DNA of 64,000 nucleotides from Perna viridis (Eukaryota): NCBI GenBank assembly GCA_037379345.1, contig CM074516.1, positions 23,560,001 to 23,624,000 of the forward strand, read 5' to 3'. Shown piece by piece: positions 38,201 to 48,918 of this stretch (position 1 is its first letter; each line of letters starts with the position of its first letter). The notes under the pieces were generated by a model. It saw only the letters and a program-made list of their open reading frames with translations, ran no database searches and was not told where the DNA came from. The position numbers and the translations under genes were made by a program.

Positions 38201-41200
38201 TCTTGTTGCATTTTTGACGACAAATTGTGCACTACTCTTTGATCGGAAAGTTTCTAAAACTGCGTTTAGATCACTGTTAATTTTTTGGTTTTCTACAGGG
38301 CAAGCGGCAAGGGTATGGTGTGGAGACGGAGCAAATCCTCCAGGAATATTCTTTTCCTTTATTCTCGACATCAATCCTTTCCGGAACATCCCGATCGTTG
38401 GCGACTGGATATTCTCGTCAAACACTGAAATATACGCATTTGTTACTACAGAGGAAAACATATCTGTTGCTACTAACATTGACATTGTTAATGATATCCT
38501 TGACGTTAAAGGAATTGTCTCAAGGTTAAAATCATTCATCAATGAATACATTAATAAATTCATTGGGGTTATATCAGAGGCAATTCAAGCAGTACTCACC
38601 GCTTTACAGACAATCCTCAGTGAATTAGAGGACAAATTACAAGATGTCTTATCCAAAAACGGAGATTTAAAGCATGTTTTGAAATCGATGAAAGCAGTAT
38701 GGAAAAAACTTGATTCCTTGAGAGGAATCAAAACTAATTTAACTGATAGACTTGAGTTTTACTCCGATGAGCTTTCTAGAAATCTCACCAATCTGATCGA
38801 GTATGAAACGGGTCGAGTAGAACAAAATATCGGTATGACACTTAAGAAAATACAAGAAAAAGTTATGTCTTTAGCAAAACGAATAACCGGAGCAGGGTTC
38901 CGATTTTCGTCTCACATAACTGTTATAGGTCTAGAATTCTCAGTGATGGAGGTAGAATTAGTTTACTCCGTTAATGCTCTAGGTCAGTGCAACAAGTTTA
39001 AAAAGGTTTACTCTCTTTTGGAAGGTGAAAAGGCGTTCAGACTCAGTCTTCATGCTGCTTTTCCTATACGTCTTTATTATTTTATTACTTTGGATGCCAA
39101 CGTTTTTATCAGCTTAGCGGTCGGATCACGCGACAAATTTGTTTTACACTGTCATGTGCAAGCATCATTTTTAGGCTTGGTATCAGCAGGAGCAGATATG
39201 TTGATCAGCAATAGGGGCTTATATCTATCAGTAGAAGGGAATATTTGGAATGTCTTTTTCGCCAGGATAGAGGCCTCTGCAGAACTCGGAGAAAAATGGT
39301 ACAAATTAGTTTTTAAACTTAAGGGACGGTTGTTAGCGGCATCAGAGAGTGATAGGATTAAAAAAGAATCAGATTTCACTGGAAGTTACTTAGATGGTTT
39401 ACGTGTATTTGCAAAGAAAATTGGGACCAGTGCTAATGAGAGACTGACTGCTGCTCAAAACGGACTCTCAGCAGCACAACATGCATTAACAAAAGCTCAA
39501 GGCAAACTTACTGATGCTCAGGAATACTTGAGAGGATGTAATTCAAAATTTGATCGCGCAATCGAAAAATTAGAACGAGCAAAAGATAAACTTGAACAAG
39601 CAAAAGGCCCCTTCGAGCGTGCATTAGAAAAGTTGCGGAAGGCACAGAGAAATGTCGACAAACTATGTCGTATCAGAAGTTGTTCCCCAAAATGCGTTCC
39701 TGGAATTAGATGTAGGATGTGTAAAAAACGATGGGCTAGGTATCCTTGCTGTCGCAAGTCAAGATGCATGTTCAAAGTACCTAATCTTCCCTGTTTGGCT
39801 GCCAATGCCCTTTGTCGAGGTGTTCGAGCTGTTGCATATGCTGCTCTGGAGGCGGCAAAACTATTTGTACGTGCTCCTATGCTTATTTTTGATGCCGCGA
39901 AAGCCGCTCTCTCGCTTGCTCAAATAGCTGTAGATAAAGCAAGAGTTATACTCAAAGTTGCAGAAGGATTACTTGAAGTAGCGAAAATCGGACTTGAAAC
40001 AATGAAAGGTGGACTTGAAATTGCAAAAAGAGGATTGGAACTTATCAAGAAAACTTTAGATGCAGCAATATACGTGTTTAATCTTATAATCAAATATGGT
40101 TTACAAAACTTGATTGATGTCAGAAATTGTGGTTTTGAAGTAGAAATTGCCGTACATGACAAGGCCTTGGTAGAAGTGTTCTGTGATGTCAAAGCATTTG
40201 GTCTTGGATGGACGACGATACGATTTTGGTTTGACTTCCGACATCCATTAACGAGTATGCTGAATATTGCAAAATCAACTGTTAAAAGGTTGTTGAAATC
40301 TGTAAAGAAATTATTTGGAAAACGAAAAAGACGAGACATATCATTTATGGCTATGTCACACTTGCACAAAATATTAGAACTTTATAAAAGAGATGTTTCG
40401 TCTAATTCATCTATGTACTTGGAGGATTCTGTATTTCGACAGAATAATCTTACAAATGAGAATCCAGACACTGTCGAGTATGAAAACCGTGTGTTAATGT
40501 TTCGTCAGAATTGTGGAACATTTCAGAACGCATACTCCTTCCTTATGACGTCAATCGAAGTTCTCGTGAACATGACAGCTGATACAGTTCAAATGTTAAA
40601 CGATTTTCACCAAAACAATGATACTCAAAACACTATTGCGAATTTTAACATTAGTAATATGACTATAGAATCTGCTGGAATTAGCCCAGAATATGCCTTA
40701 AAGGATTATAATATCACTGAAGAGGAGCTTAACTCCATACTTGAAAATTTCAAAGATAATTTCACCAGTGATCCCATTTACAATGAAATTGAAGCTGTTG
40801 AAAAAGAGGCTAATGATATATCACATATGAGTGTGAATCAGGCGGAGAATTTACCACTCATAGAACATTGGTTTAATGCTATGGAAAATGAAACTTCGGA
40901 TTATTTTAATGAATCACAATGTCATGATTTTTCTGATTGCACACTTTACGCGTTTTCCGTCTTGAATGACTTGTTGTCTGATGACTCGTTAGATAATTCT
41001 GATGCCAACCAAAATCTCTTAAAAACCATTGAAGACAATTACCTTCAGCTTAACGTAAACTCGTCTTTAACTGTAACAGAAATCTACCAGACAGGTATTG
41101 ACATTATAGAAAACCTCACTAAGTTAGAAAATGGAACAATGTTTTGTTCAACTGCACCCAGTTTCACGACAACCATTTCTAATGTCACTGTTTTTGCTGG

Positions 41201-44063
41201 ATCTGATATAAAGTTAGTCTGTGACGTGACAGGTGATCCTTATCCTGAAATACGATGGTATTGCAATGATACTTTAATGGAAAATATTACAGACAGAGAG
41301 CTAATTATGCTTGACTCACGAAAGGTTTTTAGCGGGGCTTACAAATGCGTTGCTGAGAACATAGTGGCAAGGCTACCGTCTTCTGTTGCCTTTGTAAGGG
41401 TTATAGGTAGGTCAATATGGCACAAAGTACTGTTTATAGACATATAATTGATAAACAGATGGGGAAACCAGATTTTGAGCAATTACAATTTGTGGAAGGA
41501 CAAACAATTACATGTGACAATGCTAATCAATAATTACACGAAATACTAAAATTTGATAAGTAACTCTGAATTGATCAACTATTTTTTCCAGGTTATGTTT
41601 AGATCTAGACATTGTGGTATATTGTTAGGCTAATATTGTGAAAATATACAATACATGCACATTGCCAAAAAAAACCTCAAATTATTTGTACTAGCTTTAT
41701 ATCCAGGTCAAAATGCCTGGCTTTAACGAGCAATGTTGACTGTTTCGAAGCGAGCACAAATGAATTGGATATTTTTCGGCAATGTGCATGTATTATCTAT
41801 TACATGTATACTTGATATTTGATCAATTGTTTTTATCCTGCAACTATATTCTGTTTTGAAAAATCTCAATTATATCCAAGACTTATATGATAAATCTATC
41901 GTTTATGCCAATTCTTATCGCCAAGGTATTAGGAAGCACCCTGAAATGGATACATGTTTTCTGCATTTGGCTCAAAATGAAAAAGGTAAACAGGAGACGA
42001 ATGTACAACTACAGCACTGGTTTATTAGACATCCTGTATCTGTATTGTAGAAAGTATAGTTGCAGGATAAACCATATTTTTGTATTAGTATTGTTCCCAT
42101 TTAGTGCCATATGGAATCAAATATATATGAAATTTATTAATCGAAAAAAAAGTAGACGACATGACAAACGATCAGTATTTATGTAAAAAATCAATTTTAC
42201 CGAATACATTCAAGTATCTCTAGTGTAATTTCTTGGTGTATAAACTTGTCTTTTTTCCCATTCCATAGAATGTGATCCAGGCACAGTACGAGATGACTTG
42301 ACCTGTAAACCTTGTCCGAAAGGAACTTATCAAGAACTCTCTAACCAGATGTCTTGTGAAAGTTGCCATCCTGGGTTCACTACAATCGATATCGGTTCCT
42401 TTAATGTATCCGAATGTGTCGGTAAGGCATACTTTTACCATTTTATTTTATTACTAGAGTTAAAAAAACAAATCAAGACATAAATTGTTTCACTGTTGTA
42501 TGTCTTGGTGTTTTTAATGGACAAGTCGACACTTCCGTTTTTATGATGAAACTTGTATGAATATGATGACATTACGAATATTAAAAGAGTTATCAAGGGA
42601 ACCAAGGTTATAGTGGTAATCAAAAGAATGTAATCCAGGGGCAAAGACCAGACATGGAATACAGACATACACAACAAAGAACATAAAGTAACTAAAATCA
42701 TACATGCAAATGAGCAACTCGGACTTCTTTTAAAACTGGGAGCATTGACCAATTGCACCAGTAGGATAAGCGTCCTCTGCTTTTCTAGAAACACACGCCG
42801 AGTTACAAACACATAATTTTTATCAAATCAAATCAAGGGAACCAAGATTCTAGTAGAAATCATAAGAATATAATCCAAAAGGAAGACTAAACAGGAAAAA
42901 CAGACACACACAATAAGGACATGATATAACTAAAATAACACGTACAAAGAAACAAAAGCAAATAAGCAACTCAATCTGGGAATATGGACCTGGTGCACCG
43001 GTAGGATTAGCGTCCTCTTCTTTTCAAGAAACACCCGCAGAATTGCTCATAAAATGTCCGGGGTTGACGAAAGAGAAAAGGAAAACTAAAACACGGAATA
43101 CAAATCGGTTCTCATGGTACAGATGGATACAACGTAACGATCCACGAGCATGACGAGTTCATAATGACCATAAAACTTCTGTAGTGAAAGAAACCTAACC
43201 TTGTTCCAGAAAACTAATTATAAGAAGTATAGCAAAATATGAATTGTTAAATGCTATTGTTTGTAAAATGGAAATAAAATAATAAAATCTGCCCCTCAAT
43301 TATCTCTTGTATTTCTGTAGTGTAATATATTTATAAAAATGTATATGTATACACTTTCTTTATATATGTTTTGCTTATTCAGATGAAGACGAATGCCTGA
43401 AAAACTCTGACGGATGTGAGCATGTATGTAAAAACACCGAGGGTGCGTTCGTTTGTGAGTGTCATGATCACTACAAAATAAGGGAGGATGGGAGAACATG
43501 TAGAGGTATCTTTAAAGTTTTTTTTAAATATGATAAATTGATGTATTCCATTTGAAAATATTATAACTTGCAGTCATAGAATCATAGTTGATCTATTATT
43601 TGAAAACTCAGCTATCGTTGTTTGCACGATTATGCACCAAAGCATTTTAGAAGTATTATTTTTAAAAGAAAAAAACTACAAACCACTTTAGAAATGATGA
43701 TATAGATAAGGAGATGACATCATAAAATATATAACAAACCAAAGAAAACGTGCCGTTTCTAAGAAACATGTATACAAGGAAAGTATTTTTATTCGTAGGT
43801 ATCAGTTTTCATAGTTCCTCACTATTACGAAAGCATTGAGTTTTGAAATCGTTGTTTTCAGTAAAAAAAAATTACTAACGAGGATTTTTTTTCTTCAGGA
43901 TATAAACCTGATATTATATATTTTGTTTCCAGATGAGTTGCTTCCACTGAAGATTATCGTTGGAATCTTAGGAGCAGTTTTGTTTGTAGTTAGTGTTGTT
44001 CTGGCTTATTATGTTTACAAAACTGTTTTAAACAGAACGGTCAATCAAAACAAACTAATATGA
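20231..44063 (+). CDS. Large multi-EGF type I membrane protein with furin-cleavable uncharacterised helical-hairpin region (18 coding exons, ~1957 aa; 'gene A')
   Basis: Exons 20231-20280, 21001-21117, 21991-22070, 22419-22517, 23678-23800, 24982-25104, 26493-26615, 27231-27353, 28581-28700, 29459-29572, 33398-33517, 34999-35881, 36378-36501, 37158-37317, 38299-41406, 42269-42421, 43383-43505, 43933-44063. All introns are GT-AG with matching phases; total 5874 nt with no internal stop. Confidence 0.85.
21001..21117 (+). CDS. Gene A exon 2 (signal peptide end + EMI-like SVSEAGYCY...[14 protein letters not shown])
   Basis: tttcttacag acceptor and AG|GTAAG donor, phase 2-2. Confidence 0.8.
21064..21800 (+). 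repeat. 57-bp minisatellite derived from the exon 2 3' half plus splice donor (~8 good copies, then degenerate ones)
   Basis: Unit gatacagcacaaggtgtgggaaactgggatggagaagatgtacacggtataggtaag, period 57. Confidence 0.95.
21991..22070 (+). CDS. Gene A exon 3 ([29 protein letters not shown]-like end)
   Basis: tttttcag acceptor and gtaagt donor, phase 2-1. Confidence 0.8.
22419..22517 (+). CDS. Gene A exon 4 (EGF)
   Basis: [31 protein letters not shown], phase 1-1. Confidence 0.88.
23251..23430. repeat. 45-bp minisatellite x4 (intronic)
   Basis: tatagtaaccactctaccgattccatgtcctccatcgtgcttagc at 23251, 23296, 23341 and 23386. Confidence 0.95.
23678..23800 (+). CDS. Gene A exon 5 (calcium-binding EGF)
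   Basis: [27 protein letters not shown]. Confidence 0.9.
24982..25104 (+). CDS. Gene A exon 6 (cbEGF)
   Basis: [27 protein letters not shown]. Confidence 0.9.
26493..26615 (+). CDS. Gene A exon 7 (cbEGF)
   Basis: [27 protein letters not shown]. Confidence 0.9.
26985..27124. mobile_element. MITE, same family as 18794-18939
   Basis: cagtggctgatcca / tggatccaccactg; flanks tgaat / cgaat. Confidence 0.7.
27231..27353 (+). CDS. Gene A exon 8 (cbEGF)
   Basis: [27 protein letters not shown]. Confidence 0.9.
28581..28700 (+). CDS. Gene A exon 9 (cbEGF)
   Basis: [26 protein letters not shown]. Confidence 0.9.
29020..29350 (+). mobile_element. Diverged Naiad-like 3' fragment
   Basis: aacaaggttatgtt...tagaaaagcaaaagacgtttaccctgccggtgcacc resembles 46795-47150. 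Confidence 0.6.
29459..29572 (+). CDS. Gene A exon 10 (Notch-type cbEGF)
   Basis: [38 protein letters not shown]. Confidence 0.9.
29503..32491 (+). repeat. ~71-bp tandem array derived from the exon 10 3' part plus donor, split by a CR1-like LINE
   Basis: Unit tcgactttcc..gtactac.ggtgt.aatgttccgagggg.....gggtcatcactgccagacag|gt recurs at 29507 and 29578, then across 32219-32491. Confidence 0.85.
29641..32218 (+). mobile_element. 5'-truncated, decayed CR1-group LINE (RT only)
   Basis: [50 protein letters not shown]. 3' tail aaatatgtttaaactaaa. 9-bp TSD actgccaga at 29632-29640 and 32219-32227. Confidence 0.9.
32573..33110 (+). repeat. HINE/Helentron-like non-autonomous element with two ~160-bp satellite-like units
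   Basis: Repeat aaacgcttgcagatattgacatgat..ggtata.aagttcaccatgat.agttacaggtcaagttt at ~32688 and ~32850; GC-rich 3' palindrome gtgagcgcgctcac. Confidence 0.6.
33398..33517 (+). CDS. Gene A exon 11 (cbEGF)
   Basis: [27 protein letters not shown]. Confidence 0.9.
33724..33880 (-). mobile_element. Naiad-like 3'-end copy
   Basis: Reverse complement of ~47045-47198. Confidence 0.75.
34020..34918. repeat. ~30-40 bp minisatellite with a 75-bp higher-order dimer
   Basis: Monomer ~ttgtggtataaactactatatcttattga(c/t)tgg; three near-identical 75-bp dimers at ~34078-34302. Confidence 0.95.
34999..35881 (+). CDS. Gene A exon 12 (uncharacterised extracellular domain)
   Basis: ORF 34992-35885 bounded by tttgacag and tc|gtgagt, phase 1-2. 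Confidence 0.85.
36378..36501 (+). CDS. Gene A exon 13
   Basis: [12 protein letters not shown]...MPSIRS, phase 2-0. Confidence 0.75.
37158..37317 (+). CDS. Gene A exon 14
   Basis: [16 protein letters not shown]...DMYLSIG, phase 0-1; bridges exons 13 and 15 in frame. Confidence 0.75.
37693..37826 (+). mobile_element. Internally deleted Naiad-like 3'-end copy
   Basis: gacttgactttttatgagcaat...ggttcccttgattacacttt. Confidence 0.75.
38299..41406 (+). CDS. Gene A exon 15 (3108 nt: beta-rich region, helical hairpin with Cys-rich tip, KRKRR, glycosylated stalk, Ig domain)
   Basis: Lies within ORF 38076-41447; ttttctacag acceptor and ATAG|GTAGG donor; Ig motif [16 protein letters not shown]...GAYKCVAEN. 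Confidence 0.9.
41650..41794. mobile_element. MITE (17-bp perfect IR)
   Basis: aatacatgcacattgcc / ggcaatgtgcatgtatt. Confidence 0.65.
42269..42421 (+). CDS. Gene A exon 16 (GCC2/GCC3, ephrin-receptor-like Cys repeat)
   Basis: [29 protein letters not shown]...GS.NVSEC. Confidence 0.9.
42584..43170 (-). mobile_element. Two adjacent Naiad-like 3'-end copies
   Basis: 42584-42805 and ~42830-43170 are reverse complements of the 46830-47199 region. Confidence 0.75.
43383..43505 (+). CDS. Gene A exon 17 (cbEGF)
   Basis: [27 protein letters not shown]. Confidence 0.9.
43933..44063 (+). CDS. Gene A exon 18 (transmembrane helix + short cytoplasmic tail)
   Basis: [22 protein letters not shown] followed by [14 protein letters not shown]. 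Confidence 0.88.
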
Positions 44064-44353
44064 AGTTTTACACCTTACTATGCTTTAATATATGTATTTT
44101 GAAAAAAAATGTGTTTACATTTGTATTTTATTTCATCGATTTGTGTTGTATTTGTTATCAGTATTTAGTGTATATTTATGAAAAAAATCGCTTGTATAAA
44201 TGAAAAACTTACTATTTTGTTAACTCCTCAATCTCGTTAATGCCTTCAAATGTCAAAAGCGTAGTGGAATGCAAAATTAAGTGAAACAAAATAAAATACA
44301 TAATAAAAACAAACAAAATATAATCAAATAAAAAAAAAACAAGCAAACAAATT

Positions 44354-47199
44354 CAGGACCGGTAATAACCTCTGTTAGAACATCTGCAGATTTTGCTCAC
44401 AAGATGCAAGATAGAAGATACAGAAACAAGAAGTAACGATGACTTAAGTTGCAAATCATCAAACTTAATATATGGATTAGAATGCAGCTTATGTGGTTTA
44501 GTACATGTCGGAGAAACGCAAGAACGATTAAACAAAAGAATGTGCGGTCATCTTTCGGGAATTAACACCACCAAATTCCCGACAGTTTACCAACACTTTA
44601 ATCAACAAGATTATTCAATCCTCTCTATGAAAGTTCGTATTTTAGAAAAAAAATTACCATCCTACGAACAGTCCCGTTCTAAGTAAAAACTATCGTAGGG
44701 AAAGAGAGGAGTACTGGATAGGCAGACTAGCTACTGCAATACCTTACGGATGCAATGACAACATCACAAGTATAGGAAACCTTTCAAGCCTATAAAACAA
44801 TAGCATAAATGTGATGAATATATTTGACAAAAATCCTAGACTGGAAAGGAGTCATGGCCATTGACACTATACGTCACCAAAGTTACATGATGTCTCCATA
44901 GATGGTCTCCTTCCTTTCATCTAAAAACCTCTTGAACTTCATCATATTAGAACCAAACTTTATTCTATACCTCTCACTCTACTACATTCCCTTTACAAAA
45001 CATTTCTTGACACTCCTGTTTCTGACCCCACCTCATCATTATACAGACTTGTTGCCATCATTTTGAATATTTGGCTAATATTCTCCATTACAAAAATGTT
45101 ACCAACAAAATTCCCCCATATTTCAAAGACAAATCCATACCAATTATTTCATATTCCTATACTTCACCCATTGCATCCAAAATTTTCAATTATAAAAGGC
45201 TATTGCAGAACCTCGAGATTGAGGACTTCAAGGCTAAATCACCTGACTGTTCTTGCAAAAACTCTCCATTCAAATATGGTCCTTCTGGTCACGTCGTTAC
45301 TGGAGATTTAACCACCATCGAAAACGAATCTCCGCGTAGAATCCTTTCTTAAGGTACCAAGAACTGTGAACCACGCTCCATTAATTGGAATTATAACTTT
45401 AAAGTTCTTATGGATGCCATCGAGGACTATGCAAGAAAATGGATAAAACAATAACAAGAAGACATTGATTCTCTGTCAGAGTGGTTAAAGGCCGTGAGGT
45501 CTTTAATTTTGAAACGAATGAAAGTTTTAAGTAGGTCGATGAATCCCAAGGCTACATTGGTTTTCAAAGACCCCGATGTAGCAAAAACATTGTCTACTAT
45601 ACATGACAAGTATGCTGTCGTACCAGCAGACAAAGCACAAAACAACATTGTTTTTGTCTGCAAAACTTTTTACATCCAATGTTTATTATCAGAGGTAGAC
45701 GTAGAAAATAATAGCAGTGATAAGACCTATACTGCTACCACACTCTTCAAAGAAGAGAGTGGAAAACCATAAATCTGTGCTATCCTCTTTTTGGTCTCTC
45801 TACCAAAGACGATGATTGTGATTTACCGTCTATGTACTGGATTCCTAAACTCCACACGAATCCATACAAACGACGTTTCATAGCTGGATCTGCAAAATGT
45901 ACCACCAAACCTCTTTCAAAACTTTTAACTTCTATACTCACAACTGTCAAAGAGGGTCTGCAGTCCTACCACCACATGGATCCTGAAAAATTCGAAAGAT
46001 CTTTTGGAGACAATCAGTTCAAGACTATTATCTGAATATAATAGCATTAAAACCTATGATTTTTTAACACTGTATACTTCTATTCCCCATAGTTAAAATC
46101 CCGACTTAAAAACATTATACATCGTTGTTTTTTCCAAAAAAGATGGTTCACCTAGATACAAATATATAGTTTGTGGTAGAGATTCCTCATACTTTGTAAG
46201 TAATAATTCCAAATCATCTTCCAAATATACAGAGGAAGATGTTTACAAAATGTTGGAATTTTTAATCGACAACCTATTTGTCCAGTGTGGTGGACGTGTT
46301 TTTCAACAAACGGTCGGCATTCCAATGGGAACAAATTGTGCTCTCTTACTTGCTGACCTATTCCTTCACTCTTATGAGGCTGACTTTATAGCTGGTCTGA
46401 CCCGAAAGAAAGCATATCGTTTGGCTAGATCCTTTAATCTCAGTTTCCGCTATATAGATGACGTATTATCTTTAAACAATCCTAAGTTCGGGGATTTGAT
46501 ACATTGCATCTACCCCAAAGAACTTGAGATAAAGGATACTACAGACACTGTGAGGTCAGCCTCATATCTTGACCTACACTTAGAAATCGATGGTAAAGGA
46601 AAACTATTTACCAAACTTTACTACAAACGTGATGACTTTTCGTTCAAAATTGTCCACTTTCCTTTCATCTGTGGCAACATCCCTTCAGCACCTGCCTATG
46701 GAGTGTTCATACCACAACTCATACGTTATGCCAGAGCTTACCGAAACTACGCAGACTTTTTGTATCGCGCTAGAACTCTAAAAATAGGCTTCTGGAACAG
46801 GGTTATGTTGCTACAAGATTGAAGTCATCACTACAGAAGTTTTATAGTCGTCCTCATGAACTCGTAGATCGTTATGATGTATCCATTTGCACCATGAAAA
46901 CTGATTTATTCAACGGGTCATGGTTTTTCTTTCCTCGTTTTTCCGGACTTGACTTTTTATGAGCAACTCGGCTGGTGTTTCTAGAAAAGCAGAGGACGCT
47001 TACCCTATCGGTGCACCTGGTCCATGCTCCCAGTTTTTAGTGGAGTCCGAGTTGCTCATTTGCCTTTGTTACTTTGTATGTATGATTTTAGTTACTTTAT
47101 GTTCTTTGTTGTGTATGTCTGTTTTCCATGTCTGGTCTTTGTCCCTGGATTGCATTCTTTTGATTACCACCATAACCTTGGTTCCCTTGATTACTCTTT
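44354..47199 (+). mobile_element. Penelope-like element with N-terminal GIY-YIG endonuclease (Naiad-type), decayed
   Basis: GIY-YIG (SCKSSNLIYGLEC..C...VGET...L..RM.GH) lies upstream of a PLE RT (YWIPKLH, RFIAGS, GIPMGTNCA, RYIDDV, SYLDL, KRDDF, QLIRYAR). Many stops and frameshifts; structured 3' end. Confidence 0.85.
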
Positions 47200-48767
47200 G
47201 CTCATGACATTACCAGTAAGTCTTATTTTCATTACAATTTCAGTTTTTACGTGTAATGGTATTTCTTCTGTTGTTTACAATGTACATGTTGTTCGACATT
47301 ATTTCATTTGTTTTAACCATGTGTTTGGATGAAATGTCTCTGAGTTGTCCTTCTCTGAGGCTTAAATATATTTTTGGAAATATTAATCGGCTTAAACAAG
47401 GAAAACAAGTCCTTATTTGGGAACACAGTGTATAGCCGTTTTGAGATGTTTTACTCCATTCTACTTTCTATACGTTCGTGGTGTATGTTTTCTGTATGTG
47501 CCTGCTTTTATACACTTTTGTTGTTTAACACCTTGCCACACGAAGTGGCGAGATATTTGTTACCCTCCACAAAAAGTTTCATGCCCGTCTGTCCGCCCCT
47601 GACAGATTTTTCAGATTTTAACTTTTGAAGATATTAAAGGGTCTTTTTAAACTTTGTATATTATTGCGTATTATAAAATACCGACCAAAGTGTATATTTA
47701 GGTTGATAAGATTATTATTAAATACACGTCATGGCCGTTTTAAGATTTTTAACCCCAAAACATTTGAAACGTGGCGGGGTATCATGTCCGATTAGATGCC
47801 CTATATCATTTTCTCTCTGTCTATCACCACACGGAGATAACGCATGGTCTGAATTTGACTATATACCTTTTGCGATTGTTCCTTGTTATATACCGATAAA
47901 TGTATGCAGTTGTAATAAGGTTTTGTAATATTTGCATTCTAGCATTTCCCTGTAAAGCAACTAACACCTTCGTTTAGTCTTTACCTTAAAATTTAGATAT
48001 ACCGTTTCCTTTCTGAGAATTTGAATTATCACTTTTTCCCAAGCAAATGATTGTTTCTGTAGCTAAGCATTTGAGTTCTTCACACATTAAGTCATAAACC
48101 AAGGGTAAGTAATAAACACCCTGCAGTGAATTTGAAAGATTTGTATGGAGAAGTTAACACATCAAAGAACCACAATTATTGGCCTTATATGATTAATGTG
48201 AAGATTAACCTGATCTTAGATATGCAATAAATGTGCCAGATAGTTTTTATAATTTCATAAATGACAAATCATAATTTCAAACCTTTATATTAAAATGGTT
48301 ACAAGGCATGAAAATGTTAACAATCATAGCAAAAATCATTCGCATTTGAAGACACTTTTTAAAGCGAATTCAATTTATTCCCATATTTTTATTTGACATT
48401 CTAATATGACGTGCTTAATAGGCTTGAGACCACAATTGTGGTCGATTTTCGATTGTTATATGAGCAGCACGCGACTTATTGGGCATGGTTTGTAAATTAC
48501 TGCCAACTTTAATCATGTAAACAAACACATGTAACATTACGATTTGTATCAGCTGTTTTCATTCATTTCAATAGCGTGAAGAACATTAAATTTATATTTA
48601 ATGAAAAATTTAACGTTATTTTCCGTAAAAATCAGTTACATACATACTCGGTAGCAGACGCCACGTGCCATGGTGCATTATCATGTATGAAATCAAACAG
48701 TAATAACCTTCAATGAGACATTGTACCTGTCCATGTGTGACCTCTGTGACCTTATAATGCAAACCAC

Positions 48768-48918
48768 TATTGCTCATTTACTTTTGTTACTTTGTATGTA
48801 TGATTTTAGTTACTTTATGTTCTTTGTTGTGTATGTCTGTTTTCCATGTCTAGTCTTTGTCCCTTGATTACATTCTTTTGATTACCGCTATAAACTTGGT
48901 TCCCTGGATTATTCTTTC
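48768..48918 (+). mobile_element. Naiad-like 3'-end copy
   Basis: ttgctcatttacttttgttac...gattattcttt matches 47052-47199. Confidence 0.8.

Noticed and set aside
38076-38298. N-terminal 74 aa of the 1123-aa ORF
   Set aside because: Non-ATG start in intronic sequence; the exon begins at the acceptor at 38298/38299.
38165-40369. Antisense ORFs over gene A exon 15 (and 54611-56023 over gene B)
   Set aside because: Shadow ORFs of the sense coding strand with no independent motifs.
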